From: Candidatus Zixiibacteriota bacterium
GTDB taxonomy: Bacteria > RBG-13-66-14 > B26-G2 > WVWN01
Assembly (NCBI GenBank): GCA_050117845.1
Contig: JASFLY010000001.1
Coordinates: 256,001-320,000 of the forward strand
DNA: 64,000 nucleotides
Direction: 5' to 3'
Shown: positions 45,734 through 55,476 of the stretch, piece by piece
How the letters are laid out: every line of letters begins with the position of its first letter
How positions within the stretch are numbered: the stretch's first letter is position 1
Program-made: the position numbers and the translations under genes
Notes under the pieces: model-generated
Told to the model about the DNA's origin: nothing
Seen by the model: the letters and a program-made list of their open reading frames with translations, nothing else
Databases searched by the model: none

Positions 45734-46699
45734 CTACCGGTACAACGCCTTAACGTCTCCGAGGGACGCCGGTTCTACCGTCGGTTCGGATTCGCGGAAA
45801 TACTGGACGCGATAATTACACATATCGACGACATACACGAATTCGCCGGACGGCGAGAAATCGACACCACGGACGCCGTCGAATTCCCCGTCGCCGGAAC
45901 CGCGCGTTCCCCATTGCCCCAAGAAACTGCCGGCCGCCGTAAAATATTGTATCCGGTCGTTCCCGGAATCGCCTACGAAAACGCCGCCGCCCGGACTAAC
46001 GTTGACGCTTTTCGGCGTTATAAACTCGCCGGGTCCCGACCCCCGCGTACCCCACCGCCCGAGGAAACTGCCGTCGGCGGTGAAGTGATGTATACAACTC
46101 CCGTCGTAGTCGGTTACGTATACGTCGCCGTTGGGCGCTATGCCCAAGTCCTCAGGGAACTGGAATTGACCGTTACCGGTTCCCCGCGAACCGAATTTCC
46201 CTAAAAAACTCCCGTCGGCGGTGAAATACTGCACCCGGTAATTTTGACAATCGACCACGTATACTTTGCCATCCGGGGCCACCGCGAGGCTGCCGATAGT
46301 ATGGAACTCGCCGTCACCACTACCCGAACTACCCCAACGGCCGAGGTAGCTCCCGTTTAAACTGAAATACTTAATGCATACGAATACACGGTCGATCACG
46401 TACACGCGCCCCGTCGACGATACGTCGATAGCCCCGGGGTACTTGAACTCGTTTTCGCCGTAACCTTCTTTTCCCCATTGGCCCAAATAGCTACCGACGG
46501 GCGAGAAGTATTGTACCCGGTAATTGAAAGTGTCGGATACGTAGACGTTGCCGTTCGCGGCGACGCCGAGGTACTGGATGACCCAGAACTGGCCATTGCC
46601 GGACCCGCCGCTCCCCCACTTGCCCGCGAATACGTACCCTGCCGAAGCCTCCGCCAACGTAACGGCGCAGGTCAATAAAACAGCCACCGCGATCCTCAC
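45734..46699 (-). CDS. Secreted NHL-repeat beta-propeller protein
   Basis: Signal peptide and six repeats of WGxxGSGxGEF..P.....G.VYV.D..N.RVQYF. Confidence 0.9.
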   Translation of the reverse strand: MRIAVAVLLTCAVTLAEASAGYVFAGKWGSGGSGNGQFWVIQYLGVAANGNVYVSDTFNYRVQYFSPVGSYLGQWGKEGYGENEFKYPGAIDVSSTGRVYVIDRVFVCIKYFSLNGSYLGRWGSSGSGDGEFHTIGSLAVAPDGKVYVVDCQNYRVQYFTADGSFLGKFGSRGTGNGQFQFPEDLGIAPNGDVYVTDYDGSCIHHFTADGSFLGRWGTRGSGPGEFITPKSVNVSPGGGVFVGDSGNDRIQYFTAAGSFLGQWGTRGSGDGEFDGVRGVDFSPSGEFVYVVDMCNYRVQYFRESEPTVEPASLGDVKALYR

Positions 46700-46722
46700 G
46701 GCTCAACCTCCTCCTAATCGAT

Positions 46723-48180
46723 TTAACCTTTGATAACGCCCAGCGGCTCGAGGCGCGCCACCGCCTTCGATATCCCGGCCTTTGTCACCACTTCGACGAC
46801 GTCGCCCACCTCCTTATAGGCGTCGCTCATCTCCTCCGCCAGCGTCTTCGGCGACCGGCACACGACGCCTATCCCCCGGTCCTCCAGCTCCCGGGCGATG
46901 GACCGGCCTTTCGCCCGGCGCGTCGCCTCCTTGCGGCTCATAACCCGGCCCGCGCCGTGGCAGGTCGACCCCCACGTCTCGGCCATGGCCCGTTCCGTTC
47001 CCAGGAGGACGTACGACTCGGTCCCCATGTCCCCCGGGATGATGACCGGCTGGCCCAGCGGCCTGTACTCCTCCGGCAGTTCCGGATGGCCCGGGCCGAA
47101 GGCCCGGGTGGCCCCCTTCCGGTGGACCAGGAGCTTCTCCCGCTTCCCGTTTACGTCGTGGGTTTCGAACTTCGCAATGTTATGCGCGACGTCGTACACG
47201 AGCGTCATGCCCACGTGGCGGGGGGTGGACTTCAGCACCCGGGCGAAGACCTCCTCCGCCTGCGCCATCATGACCTGCCGGTTGGCCCAGGCGTAGTTGG
47301 CCGCGGCCGCCATCGCCCCCAGGTACTCCCGGCCTTCGGGCGACTCGGTCGGGACGCACGCCAGCTGCTGGTCCGGGACCGAGATGCCGTAGCGCGGCAT
47401 CGCCGCCCGCATCACCTTGACCCAGTCCTCGCAGACCTGGTAGCCCAGGCCCCGCGACCCGGAGTGTATCATGAGCGTCACGCCGCCGGCCTCGAGGCCC
47501 AGGGCCTCCGCCGCCCGGCCGTCGTAGACCTCCGCGACGACGCCCACCTCGATGAAGTGGTTCCCGGCGCCGAGGGTCCCGACCTGAGGTCGGCCCCGCT
47601 CGACCGCCCGTTTCGAAACCGCCGCCGGGTCCGCGTTCGGAAGCGAGCCCCCCGCCTCCGTCCGGGACAGGTCGTCCTCGTCGCCGTAGCCCTGCGCCAC
47701 CGCCCACTTCGAGCCGTCGCGCAGGACCGTTTTCAACTCTTTCTCGGAAAGGCGCAGGCTGCTCCGCGTGCCCACGCCGCACGGTATGGCGTTGTAGAGA
47801 GCGCCGAGGAGGTCGGGGATTTTGTTTTCGACGTCGGCCTCGGCCAGGGCCGTACTCATCAGGCGGACGCCGCAGTTGATGTCGTACCCCACGCCGCCGG
47901 GCGAGACGACGCCGTCCGAAACCCGCGTGGCCGCGACGCCGCCGATGGGAAAGCCGTAGCCCCAGTGGATGTCGGGCATCGCGAGCGCGTGACCCACTAT
48001 ACCCGGCAGCGTGGCGACGTTGGCCACCTGTTGCGGCGTCTTGTCCAGGCGGACGTGCGCGAGCATCTTCTCGCTGACGTATATAAGGCCGTCGACGCGC
48101 ATGCGACCGTCGTACGACCTCGGCAGGCGCCACCGCCAGTCGTCCACCTTCTCCAGCGTCCCGGACCACTCCTCGGCCAT
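46723..48180 (-). CDS. rtcB: RNA ligase RtcB
   Basis: MPDIHWGYGFPIGG, GYDINCG, GNHFIE, HSGSRG, HNIAK, HRKGAT, HGAGR. Confidence 0.96.
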   Translation of the reverse strand: MAEEWSGTLEKVDDWRWRLPRSYDGRMRVDGLIYVSEKMLAHVRLDKTPQQVANVATLPGIVGHALAMPDIHWGYGFPIGGVAATRVSDGVVSPGGVGYDINCGVRLMSTALAEADVENKIPDLLGALYNAIPCGVGTRSSLRLSEKELKTVLRDGSKWAVAQGYGDEDDLSRTEAGGSLPNADPAAVSKRAVERGRPQVGTLGAGNHFIEVGVVAEVYDGRAAEALGLEAGGVTLMIHSGSRGLGYQVCEDWVKVMRAAMPRYGISVPDQQLACVPTESPEGREYLGAMAAAANYAWANRQVMMAQAEEVFARVLKSTPRHVGMTLVYDVAHNIAKFETHDVNGKREKLLVHRKGATRAFGPGHPELPEEYRPLGQPVIIPGDMGTESYVLLGTERAMAETWGSTCHGAGRVMSRKEATRRAKGRSIARELEDRGIGVVCRSPKTLAEEMSDAYKEVGDVVEVVTKAGISKAVARLEPLGVIKG

Positions 48181-48191
48181 AACCGCCCCGC

Positions 48192-48842
48192 TTATAAAGT
48201 GTAAATCTTTACGCCCACGGAGATGACCCGCTCCTTCAGGTTAAACTCGTCGTCGCTCGCCCCTTTCCCTCCGGCCGGGATAGTCTTCCAATCCTGAGTC
48301 GTCGAGCCGTAACGGTAGTCGAGCGAAAAGGAGAAACCCCGGGACGGGTCCGGGAAGAACTCGAGGCCCGCCAGGCCGACCCACCCCGAACCCGAACTCT
48401 CGCCCTCGAGCAGGACCGTGGGCCCCGCCACCACTTGATGGGTGTAAGTGGTCCAGGCCACGCCGCCGCCGGCGTAAGGCCGGAGTTTCATCCGCCAGAG
48501 AGGAACCCGCACCCGTCCCCCGAAGACGAAGGTGTTGGCCTCGCCCTTGATGTCGGTCGGCGGCGTCGGGTAGCCGCCCGTCTCCGCTTCCGGCACGTCG
48601 CCCGTGGTATAGGCGTAACCCCACTGGATTATCGGCAAGACGAGCCATCTCGACGGCTCGTACGCCGCCTCCGCGAAATAACCGTACCCCGCGCCGCTCG
48701 CGCCCCAGCGCGGCGAATCGTTGGAAGTGTGCGTCCCCCCGGCGTCGAAGCCGAGAGAAATGCGCCCCGGGATATCCGCTTGCGCGGAGGCCGTGCCGGC
48801 CGCTACCCCCAGGATCATTATCGTTATTATTAACGGTCGCAT
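48192..48842 (-). CDS. Small outer-membrane beta-barrel protein
   Basis: Signal peptide, alternating amphipathic strands, RPYAGGGV, terminal strand VGVKIYTL. Confidence 0.7.
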   Translation of the reverse strand: MRPLIITIMILGVAAGTASAQADIPGRISLGFDAGGTHTSNDSPRWGASGAGYGYFAEAAYEPSRWLVLPIIQWGYAYTTGDVPEAETGGYPTPPTDIKGEANTFVFGGRVRVPLWRMKLRPYAGGGVAWTTYTHQVVAGPTVLLEGESSGSGWVGLAGLEFFPDPSRGFSFSLDYRYGSTTQDWKTIPAGGKGASDDEFNLKERVISVGVKIYTL

Positions 48843-48857
48843 GCGCGCCTCCGTATT

Positions 48858-49505
48858 CTATAAGAAGAAACGGAAAAATCCTCCGATTTGGAATTGTTGA
48901 AACGTGAAATCGCCGTCCGCCCCGTCGGGCAAGTCCTCCCACGTGGAGTACGTCCTCTCGTACATAATCTGGCCGCCGATGGCCGTCCCGCCGGTCGGGG
49001 CGAACTCTATGCCGCCCACGGCCATCCATCCCGGGCCGGCTCCGTCGGTGCGGTCCAGAAGGCCCTCGTACCACGTGCGAACGACGTGCTCCTGCCACGC
49101 GTAGAGAAAAGAGGGGCCGCCGTAAACGTGAACTCGCGGATCGCCCAAACGGTAGCGATACAGCACGCCCAGCGATACCTGCCGCGCCAGTAGGCCTATG
49201 TTATCGGGGTCGTCGGCGTATCCGTGAAGCTCCCACTCCGGCACGTCGCCCCGGCCCCACGTCGCCCCGGCCGTGACGTACGGCAGATATAGCGACGGGT
49301 GGACCCGGACGCCGAACTCGCCCCGGAAGGCCGCGCCCCACCCGGCTCCGCCGATGCGATTCCCGAAGGCCGCGCTGCGCGCCATCCCCAGTTGTATGCC
49401 CGCTAAAATCCGGCCCGGCTGGTCTACTTGCCTTCCCGCGCCGGCGGCCGGCGCCACCGCCGATAGCGCTGTAATTATCGCCAGCGTTATTGTAAGATTA
49501 CGCAT
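48858..49505 (-). CDS. Small outer-membrane beta-barrel protein (paralogue of the neighbour)
   Basis: Signal peptide, GWMAVGGIEF (compare GWVGLAGLEF in the neighbour), terminal strand IGGFFRFFL. Confidence 0.7.
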   Translation of the reverse strand: MRNLTITLAIITALSAVAPAAGAGRQVDQPGRILAGIQLGMARSAAFGNRIGGAGWGAAFRGEFGVRVHPSLYLPYVTAGATWGRGDVPEWELHGYADDPDNIGLLARQVSLGVLYRYRLGDPRVHVYGGPSFLYAWQEHVVRTWYEGLLDRTDGAGPGWMAVGGIEFAPTGGTAIGGQIMYERTYSTWEDLPDGADGDFTFQQFQIGGFFRFFL

Positions 49506-49590
49506 ATTATGTTATCCCCTTTCCTTCCGGCCCCTATTTTATACCTTAACGGGTCGGCGGGGCAACCTTTTTTCTTTTGGCCCCGGAGAC

Positions 49591-50829
49591 ATGAAAGTCG
49601 AGAAAAAAGACCCCATTCTGGACGCCTGGCGCGAGAACCTCGCCCGCTGTCTGCGTTGCGGCCTGTGTCGCGAACTGTGCCCGGCCTTCCGGGCGACCGG
49701 CCGGGAGCGCTTCTCGCCCCGCGGCCGGCTGGCCCTGTTGCAGGCCAGGTTGGACGACGAGCCCCAGGCCCGGGACTTCGGCGCGCCGTTCTACGAGGCG
49801 CTGGACCACTGCCTGACCTGCCGCGCTTGCGCCGACCGCTGCCCCTCCGGCGTCGCCGGCGACGTCCTAATCCTCGCGGCGCGGGAGGCCGGCCTGTGCC
49901 GCGGCGGCCTGCCCTTCTTCAAATCGTGGGCCTACCGGCTGGCGCTCGGCCGGCCCCGCCTTCTGGCCTTCCTCACCCGCATCCTCTACTGGGCGCAAAA
50001 ACTTAAGACGCTCCCGGCGGCCCTCTGGTTCCTGGACCTCCCGCCCAAACTCGCACTGCCCCGCCTCGAGCCCCGGCCTTTCGACGCCGGCGACCTGGGG
50101 CTGTACTTCCCCCGCGACGGCGCCGAATTCCGCGGCCAGGTTACCTATTTCGCCGGCTGCGCCACGACCTACCTCTACCCCGGTACCGCCCGCGCGGTCG
50201 TGGACCTCCTCACCCGCGCCGGCTACATCGTCCGCGTCCCGACGGAGCGCCGCTGCTGCGGCATCCCGGCCCTCGCCGCGGGAGACCTCGCGCTGGCCCG
50301 CAAACTCGCCGCCCGCAACGTCGAGGCGCTCGGCGGCGAGGACGCCGTCGTCGTCGATTGCGGCTCCTGCGGCACGATGCTCACATATTATTATAACGAC
50401 GTGCTGGAGGTCCCGGGCGCGGCGTCGCTCGTGGAACGGGTGAAGGACTTCACGGAACTCCTCCCGCCGGAGGAGATGCCGCGCCGGACCGACGGGAAAA
50501 TAGCCTACCACGACCCCTGCCACCTGGCCCGGGGCATGGGCGTGGCCGCCGAACCGCGGGCCCTGCTCGGCCGCGTCGGCGAGCTGGCCGAACTCGACGC
50601 TCCGGGGGCCGTGACGTGCTGCGGCGGCGCCGGGGCCCACGGCCTTACCCACCCGGACCTGTTCGCCCCGCTGGCCGACGAGAAGGCCGCCGCGGTAGAG
50701 GCCACCGGCGCCGAAGTCGTCGCGACCGGCTGCCCGGCCTGCGTGTTTTATATAAACGAGGCGCTGCGGCGCCGGGGCGTCAAGGCCGAGGCCCGCCACA
50801 CCGCGGAGGTTTTGAATAATAAGGGGTAG
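49591..50829 (+). CDS. GlcF/HdrD-like Fe-S protein with CCG domains
   Basis: CLRCGLCRELCP, SPRGR, CLTCRACADRCP, FAGC, CCG, YHDPCH, CCGGAG, GCPAC. Confidence 0.88.
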   Translation: MKVEKKDPILDAWRENLARCLRCGLCRELCPAFRATGRERFSPRGRLALLQARLDDEPQARDFGAPFYEALDHCLTCRACADRCPSGVAGDVLILAAREAGLCRGGLPFFKSWAYRLALGRPRLLAFLTRILYWAQKLKTLPAALWFLDLPPKLALPRLEPRPFDAGDLGLYFPRDGAEFRGQVTYFAGCATTYLYPGTARAVVDLLTRAGYIVRVPTERRCCGIPALAAGDLALARKLAARNVEALGGEDAVVVDCGSCGTMLTYYYNDVLEVPGAASLVERVKDFTELLPPEEMPRRTDGKIAYHDPCHLARGMGVAAEPRALLGRVGELAELDAPGAVTCCGGAGAHGLTHPDLFAPLADEKAAAVEATGAEVVATGCPACVFYINEALRRRGVKAEARHTAEVLNNKG

Positions 50830-51126
50830 TGTTCCGCCCCGGGCGCAACACATGGGGGCGCAACGCGTTGCGCCTCTACAACGGATACGAACAAGGAAAA
50901 ACCTCCTTTACATAGGGCCGCGGGGTCGTTGGGTTCATTCATCGCGGGCTTTAAGATGGCCGTGACGAAACGGGTCAACCTATTACTCGATACGCCCGGG
51001 GGACGGGTATGGCAACGTAATTATTACGAGAGGATACTAAGGGGCGAAAAGGAATTGGCCCAAGCACGGGCCTATATATTCAACAACCCCCGCCTTTGGC
51101 CCGAGGACGATTACTACGAACCGTAG
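50830..51126 (+). pseudogene. C-terminal remnant of a REP-associated tyrosine transposase (RAYT, IS200/IS605-like)
   Basis: GSLGSFIAGFK...VWQRNYYERILR..ELAQARAYIFNNP..W. The N-terminal HUH motif is absent. An embedded GGCGCAACGCGTTGCGCCTCTAC palindrome is present. Confidence 0.78.
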
Positions 51127-51169
51127 GGTGAAACGCGTAGGTTTGAATAATTAACAAGGGAGACGTTTA

Positions 51170-51697
51170 ATGAAAAAGCTCTTCAAACGTTTCGGCAGGT
51201 GGCTATCGCCGTCGGCCTTCGGCCTGGCCGTCATCTGCTTCGCCATGCCCTTTATGGGAGTAACGTGCGCGGACGAAACGCTGTTCACGGTTAACGCCTT
51301 CGACGTTGCCGCGGGCGGCGTGTATCCCAAACACCTGGAGGGAAAAACGGAGGGAGTGGACGAAGAGGAACCGGATGACGTCAAGGCTAAACCGGCGAAT
51401 ATTCTGATGTCCGTCGCGCTCCCCCTATTCGTCCTGGCGGCGCTGTGCGCCACCTGGCGGAACAAACCCGGCCTCGCGCTGACGTTGTCGTTCGGCGGCG
51501 CCGGCGTTTTAACGACTATCCTCTACCGGGTCCAGTGCAGTTGGAGTTTCAACGTCGCTATGAACCCCACGTCGGTGGGCGACCTCGACCTCTCGGGGCT
51601 GTTGCACCAGGAGTGGCGCTACGGCTTCTGGTGCATTATATTATTCGGCCTCGCCGGCCTTATAGGCCGTATCTACTACGAACGCGTGAGGGAGTAG
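51170..51697 (+). CDS. Hypothetical membrane protein
   Basis: 175 aa with about 4 hydrophobic segments. AAGGGAG ribosome-binding site. Confidence 0.7.
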   Translation: MKKLFKRFGRWLSPSAFGLAVICFAMPFMGVTCADETLFTVNAFDVAAGGVYPKHLEGKTEGVDEEEPDDVKAKPANILMSVALPLFVLAALCATWRNKPGLALTLSFGGAGVLTTILYRVQCSWSFNVAMNPTSVGDLDLSGLLHQEWRYGFWCIILFGLAGLIGRIYYERVRE

Positions 51698-51733
51698 GGG
51701 CACAACGCGTTGCGCCCAAATCCGAAATATAAC

Positions 51734-51756
51734 AAGGGGCCCCGCGGGGCCCCTTT
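51734..51756. terminator. Hairpin terminator between convergent genes
   Basis: AAGGGGCCCCGCGGGGCCCCTTT. Confidence 0.6.
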
Positions 51757-51784
51757 CATAATAGCCCATAACAACAAAACTCGA

Positions 51785-54349
51785 TTAACTCGCAGCCGAG
51801 GGAGTAATAATCGTGGGCGGCCTAATAAGCGTCCGGATTTCGTCGTATATTGATACGTCAATATCCGGGGCGACCTCGAGCGTAACTGCAAGTCCGTAGT
51901 TAACCTCGCCGTCGAACCCGCCAGCGTCGGCGCGGCAGTTCACTTTAATCTCTAATGAATCATCGGCGACGAAAACGGCTATGTCTTCACCTTCGAAAGT
52001 TTCGTGTTGTACTGTACCTCGTTGGGCGGCCCTCCAATCAGGATTGACCCGTTTTACGCCGATTTTATCCATAGCGGTAGTATCAAACCAAAGGGTAGCA
52101 CATCTATATCTGCGGTTAGCGTAATTGACGGGGGATAGCCAAGCTAAAGTAATAGTTAAACGGCGGTACATATTGGACCCGCTTAGGCTCGGCGGAAGGG
52201 GTATGCTATATAAATGGGCTTCGTCCTCAGAAAGAGAACCACACCCTACAAGTGAGCAACGTTGGTCACTACAACTTAAAACACGGTCTACGTTTAAATT
52301 ACCGTAACCGTAAAAACGGGATAGGCATTCGGAGCTCTCCCTCCAGTTTGACAAATAACCTAAAACACGAAGCACCTGGTTTGAAGTTTCAGGCCAAGCA
52401 ACGCCGTGGACGATTAAAGCCTTGATTAAAACGGGAACGTAAACGTCTTTTAGAATATTGCCCCCAGGTTCGTTTTGGAGTTCCTCGATTAGCTTTAAGG
52501 TTTTAGCACCGGCCCGGACGGTAAGCGCGGCTGCGTTACTTGTACCTCGGCAATATCGGGTAGAGTTCAATACGCCGGGAGTCGTCCCCGGTGAGGCTAC
52601 CGAATGGCCCGGCGGCCGAGAGGTCTTGACCATACTCACAGTAGAAGATGAACCGGGGGTTTCCATAAACAATACCCGGCCGCCCGGCGCTAATAAGTCG
52701 GGTTTTATTGACCTACGATAACCGAGACCAATCGCATTATAAGGACACGGTAGATCCTCCGTCTCGAAAGCCTCGAAAACGCGCCCTGCTAAGGACGGGG
52801 TCGAGTTATCGTTATAAAACCCTCCGACCGTAAGTACGTTTATCGCCTCTGCGGGGGATAGTAACCTCCTATACCTCATTTCCGCGTATACACTCCTTAT
52901 CACCGCCGTTTCTAGATCACCTCTTGGGAGATCACGCGCAGAATTCGGACGAATATTTAAATCTAGATCGGCGTCGTGGTTGCCCGCGCTGACGATAAAG
53001 AGAACGTTGTTTTTATAAGAAAGCCAATCCATTAAACGGGCCCAGGGACTTACGAACTGAATAAACGGTTTCGCTTTGTCCCCAATCGAAAAATTGATTA
53101 TCTTTACCCCAGAAGCTGTTGGGGCTTCTTCCCCATCACCTTCGTACATCCGTTTAATAGACCGGTAAACGATATCTACCGGTAATTCTCCTTCAGGAAT
53201 TACTTCTTGCGTAAAATTACCGAATCCCTCTGCCTTCATAATGGGCCGAACATAAAGTGGCTTTTCGAGCGGCTCGTCGGAACCATCCGCGAAGTCGCCG
53301 TGTATTATCAAAGAAGCCATCGCAGTCCCGTGGAAACGTTCGTGTGGGGGGTAATTTTCCCCCCACCCATCGGGGTCGTCGATTATTAGACGTTGGTCAA
53401 GGGCTTCGTGTGTCCCCAGGGGCAACCCGTCTAATAAAGCGATTTCCGGTTCTCCCTCCGGGTATCGTTCATTAACTACAAAGGTTTCGCCGTTTGTTTC
53501 CTCATCTACTATGGGTACAGCGGTTTGACCCAGAGCCTTGTAAAACATTACCTCGTTACTTTCGGTTAATTCTGTATTTGGGTTATTAATTATTTCTACT
53601 ACCGAAGAACGAGGTAGTTCAACAAGAACCCCGTGATACCCTATCTGTTCTAAAACAACCTTGTTTACTATCCTACCGGCGTTTCTTATTAATACTTCTT
53701 CAAACGCCGTTTCCTTTTCTACCCTGAGCGACTTGTTTCCCCGAAACCATAATTCGGCTTCGAACCTTATTAAATCCATCCCTAACTCTAAACGCTTTCC
53801 CCAATCCTGTAAGACGCCAGTTTCGATTAACCTGTCTTCTACACCCCACAACCTTATATTCCGGAGTGACTTAAAAACGTCCCGGAACTTAGTAAATCCC
53901 CGGGGGAACTTAAAATCCGCGTCCCTCTTATAACTACGCCAAAGACTCAACATATAATCCACGCCTTTTTGGTTGGCCATTATTAAAAAAAGGCGTCCCC
54001 CGAATGTTTTAGTCTCGTCTCCTCCCTTTCTTCTAAAATCTACGTCGGGTTCTATTTCTTCGAGTTCTATTTCCCCCAACCATTCTAGTCCGCTTTCAAC
54101 CTTTTTAACAGCTTTTGCGAAGTCCTCCACGGAACCTGCGATTTCTAATACTAATACCCGTTCGGGAGGAGCCCCCGAAGGTGTTCCGCTAAGGCTCTTG
54201 AAAACCTTCCTTAAAAAAACGAATTGTGGGGTTAATCTTTCCCGTTGGCGTTCGTGAGTCGGGAAACTAATTCCGGGGGGTCTACTTTGAAGCATTCGCC
54301 TTTCTACCCTCCCGGGTTCCGGGAGTACTATTAACGGTTTTCCCTCCAT
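51785..54349 (-). CDS. S8 subtilisin-like serine peptidase (IetS-like)
   Basis: Catalytic triad ALLDG, FHGTAMAS, GTSNAA; oxyanion SAGN; IKPDL. AT-rich. Confidence 0.88.
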   Translation of the reverse strand: MEGKPLIVLPEPGRVERRMLQSRPPGISFPTHERQRERLTPQFVFLRKVFKSLSGTPSGAPPERVLVLEIAGSVEDFAKAVKKVESGLEWLGEIELEEIEPDVDFRRKGGDETKTFGGRLFLIMANQKGVDYMLSLWRSYKRDADFKFPRGFTKFRDVFKSLRNIRLWGVEDRLIETGVLQDWGKRLELGMDLIRFEAELWFRGNKSLRVEKETAFEEVLIRNAGRIVNKVVLEQIGYHGVLVELPRSSVVEIINNPNTELTESNEVMFYKALGQTAVPIVDEETNGETFVVNERYPEGEPEIALLDGLPLGTHEALDQRLIIDDPDGWGENYPPHERFHGTAMASLIIHGDFADGSDEPLEKPLYVRPIMKAEGFGNFTQEVIPEGELPVDIVYRSIKRMYEGDGEEAPTASGVKIINFSIGDKAKPFIQFVSPWARLMDWLSYKNNVLFIVSAGNHDADLDLNIRPNSARDLPRGDLETAVIRSVYAEMRYRRLLSPAEAINVLTVGGFYNDNSTPSLAGRVFEAFETEDLPCPYNAIGLGYRRSIKPDLLAPGGRVLFMETPGSSSTVSMVKTSRPPGHSVASPGTTPGVLNSTRYCRGTSNAAALTVRAGAKTLKLIEELQNEPGGNILKDVYVPVLIKALIVHGVAWPETSNQVLRVLGYLSNWRESSECLSRFYGYGNLNVDRVLSCSDQRCSLVGCGSLSEDEAHLYSIPLPPSLSGSNMYRRLTITLAWLSPVNYANRRYRCATLWFDTTAMDKIGVKRVNPDWRAAQRGTVQHETFEGEDIAVFVADDSLEIKVNCRADAGGFDGEVNYGLAVTLEVAPDIDVSIYDEIRTLIRPPTIITPSAAS

Positions 54350-54355
54350 AATCCT

Positions 54356-55336
54356 TTACTCCTTTATATCCGGCGTGACCTTTCTTTGCGCCTCCCACTG
54401 CTTAATCTTTTGATTTAAAATCGGTTTAACTGCACCGTCGGGCAGGGTTAATACGTAAGATCGAATCAAATCCGTCGTAAAACCCTCTAATTCTGCATAA
54501 CTTGCCCCTTCGAATATTTTTATTTGCGGTATAAGCTCACCGGTAATCCCCAACCTCGTTTCACAATCGAATTTTCGGAACCATTCGGTTATTTGGCGTT
54601 GCCCCGGTTTCGGTAAATTCATTTTTATTTCGAAACGGCGCCAAACCGCGCGATCCAATAACTCCGGGTGGTTCGTAGCAGTTATTACTACGACGTGGCT
54701 CGGGAGAGCATCTATCTGCAATAAAAGTGAACTAACAACACGTTTTATTTCCCCGGTCTCATGTATATCCCCCCGCTCTTTCCCAAGAGTATCGAATTCG
54801 TCGAAAAACAGGACGCAATTCCGCGTACTTACGTATTCGAAAACCCTTTTTAAACGATTTGCGGTTTCTCCTAAAAACGTTCCTATAACACCTTCGTACC
54901 TAATTACAATCATAGGGACCATTAAAGCTTCGGCAATAGCTTCGGCTAACGATGTCTTTCCGTTACCGGGAGGCCCGATTAATAATATCCGATGACGAGG
55001 TTCTAGATTATGCGCGTTTAGCAGTTCGTGTCTATTATGTTCTTCGACGATTTCTTCGCACGACGTTCGAACTACGTCGGTAAGAAAAAGGTCCTCAATC
55101 CTGATTCTAGGGATAATTTCGTAAATTAAATTGCTTGTCCGGTCGTCGATTCCAACAAAACCAGTACGCTCGCCTTTGTTACTATTATTTAAAACACCGG
55201 CTAAACGTTCGGCTAAAACATGGTGTTTATTCGACCGTTCTTCCGCGATAAGCGCTTCAACGGTTTTATTGAAAAGTGCTCGGTCTCCTTTTGATCCCGA
55301 TTGTACGAGTTTTAATAATAAGTCGGCGCGCGCCAT
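54356..55336 (-). CDS. AAA+ ATPase (IetA-like)
   Basis: MARADLL, Walker A GPPGNGKT, Walker B LFFDEFD, ATNHPELLDRAVWRRF. Confidence 0.9.
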   Translation of the reverse strand: MARADLLLKLVQSGSKGDRALFNKTVEALIAEERSNKHHVLAERLAGVLNNSNKGERTGFVGIDDRTSNLIYEIIPRIRIEDLFLTDVVRTSCEEIVEEHNRHELLNAHNLEPRHRILLIGPPGNGKTSLAEAIAEALMVPMIVIRYEGVIGTFLGETANRLKRVFEYVSTRNCVLFFDEFDTLGKERGDIHETGEIKRVVSSLLLQIDALPSHVVVITATNHPELLDRAVWRRFEIKMNLPKPGQRQITEWFRKFDCETRLGITGELIPQIKIFEGASYAELEGFTTDLIRSYVLTLPDGAVKPILNQKIKQWEAQRKVTPDIKE

Positions 55337-55476
55337 CTTTCCTACCCATCTTCTTCTCGGTTACCTTATCAGCTCGTTGAATCTACAGCGAATAGCGCTT
55401 TATATCAAGCTTTTTTTCGGTTATTATTTCAGTACTTATCAACCTGTATTCAATACGCAACCTATATCCGCACCCC

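Noticed and set aside
50827..51126. TAG read-through (pyrrolysine) fusing the GlcF-like gene to the in-frame RAYT fragment
   Set aside because: The GlcF-like protein is complete at the TAG, no pyl genes are visible, and a shared frame has a 1-in-3 chance.
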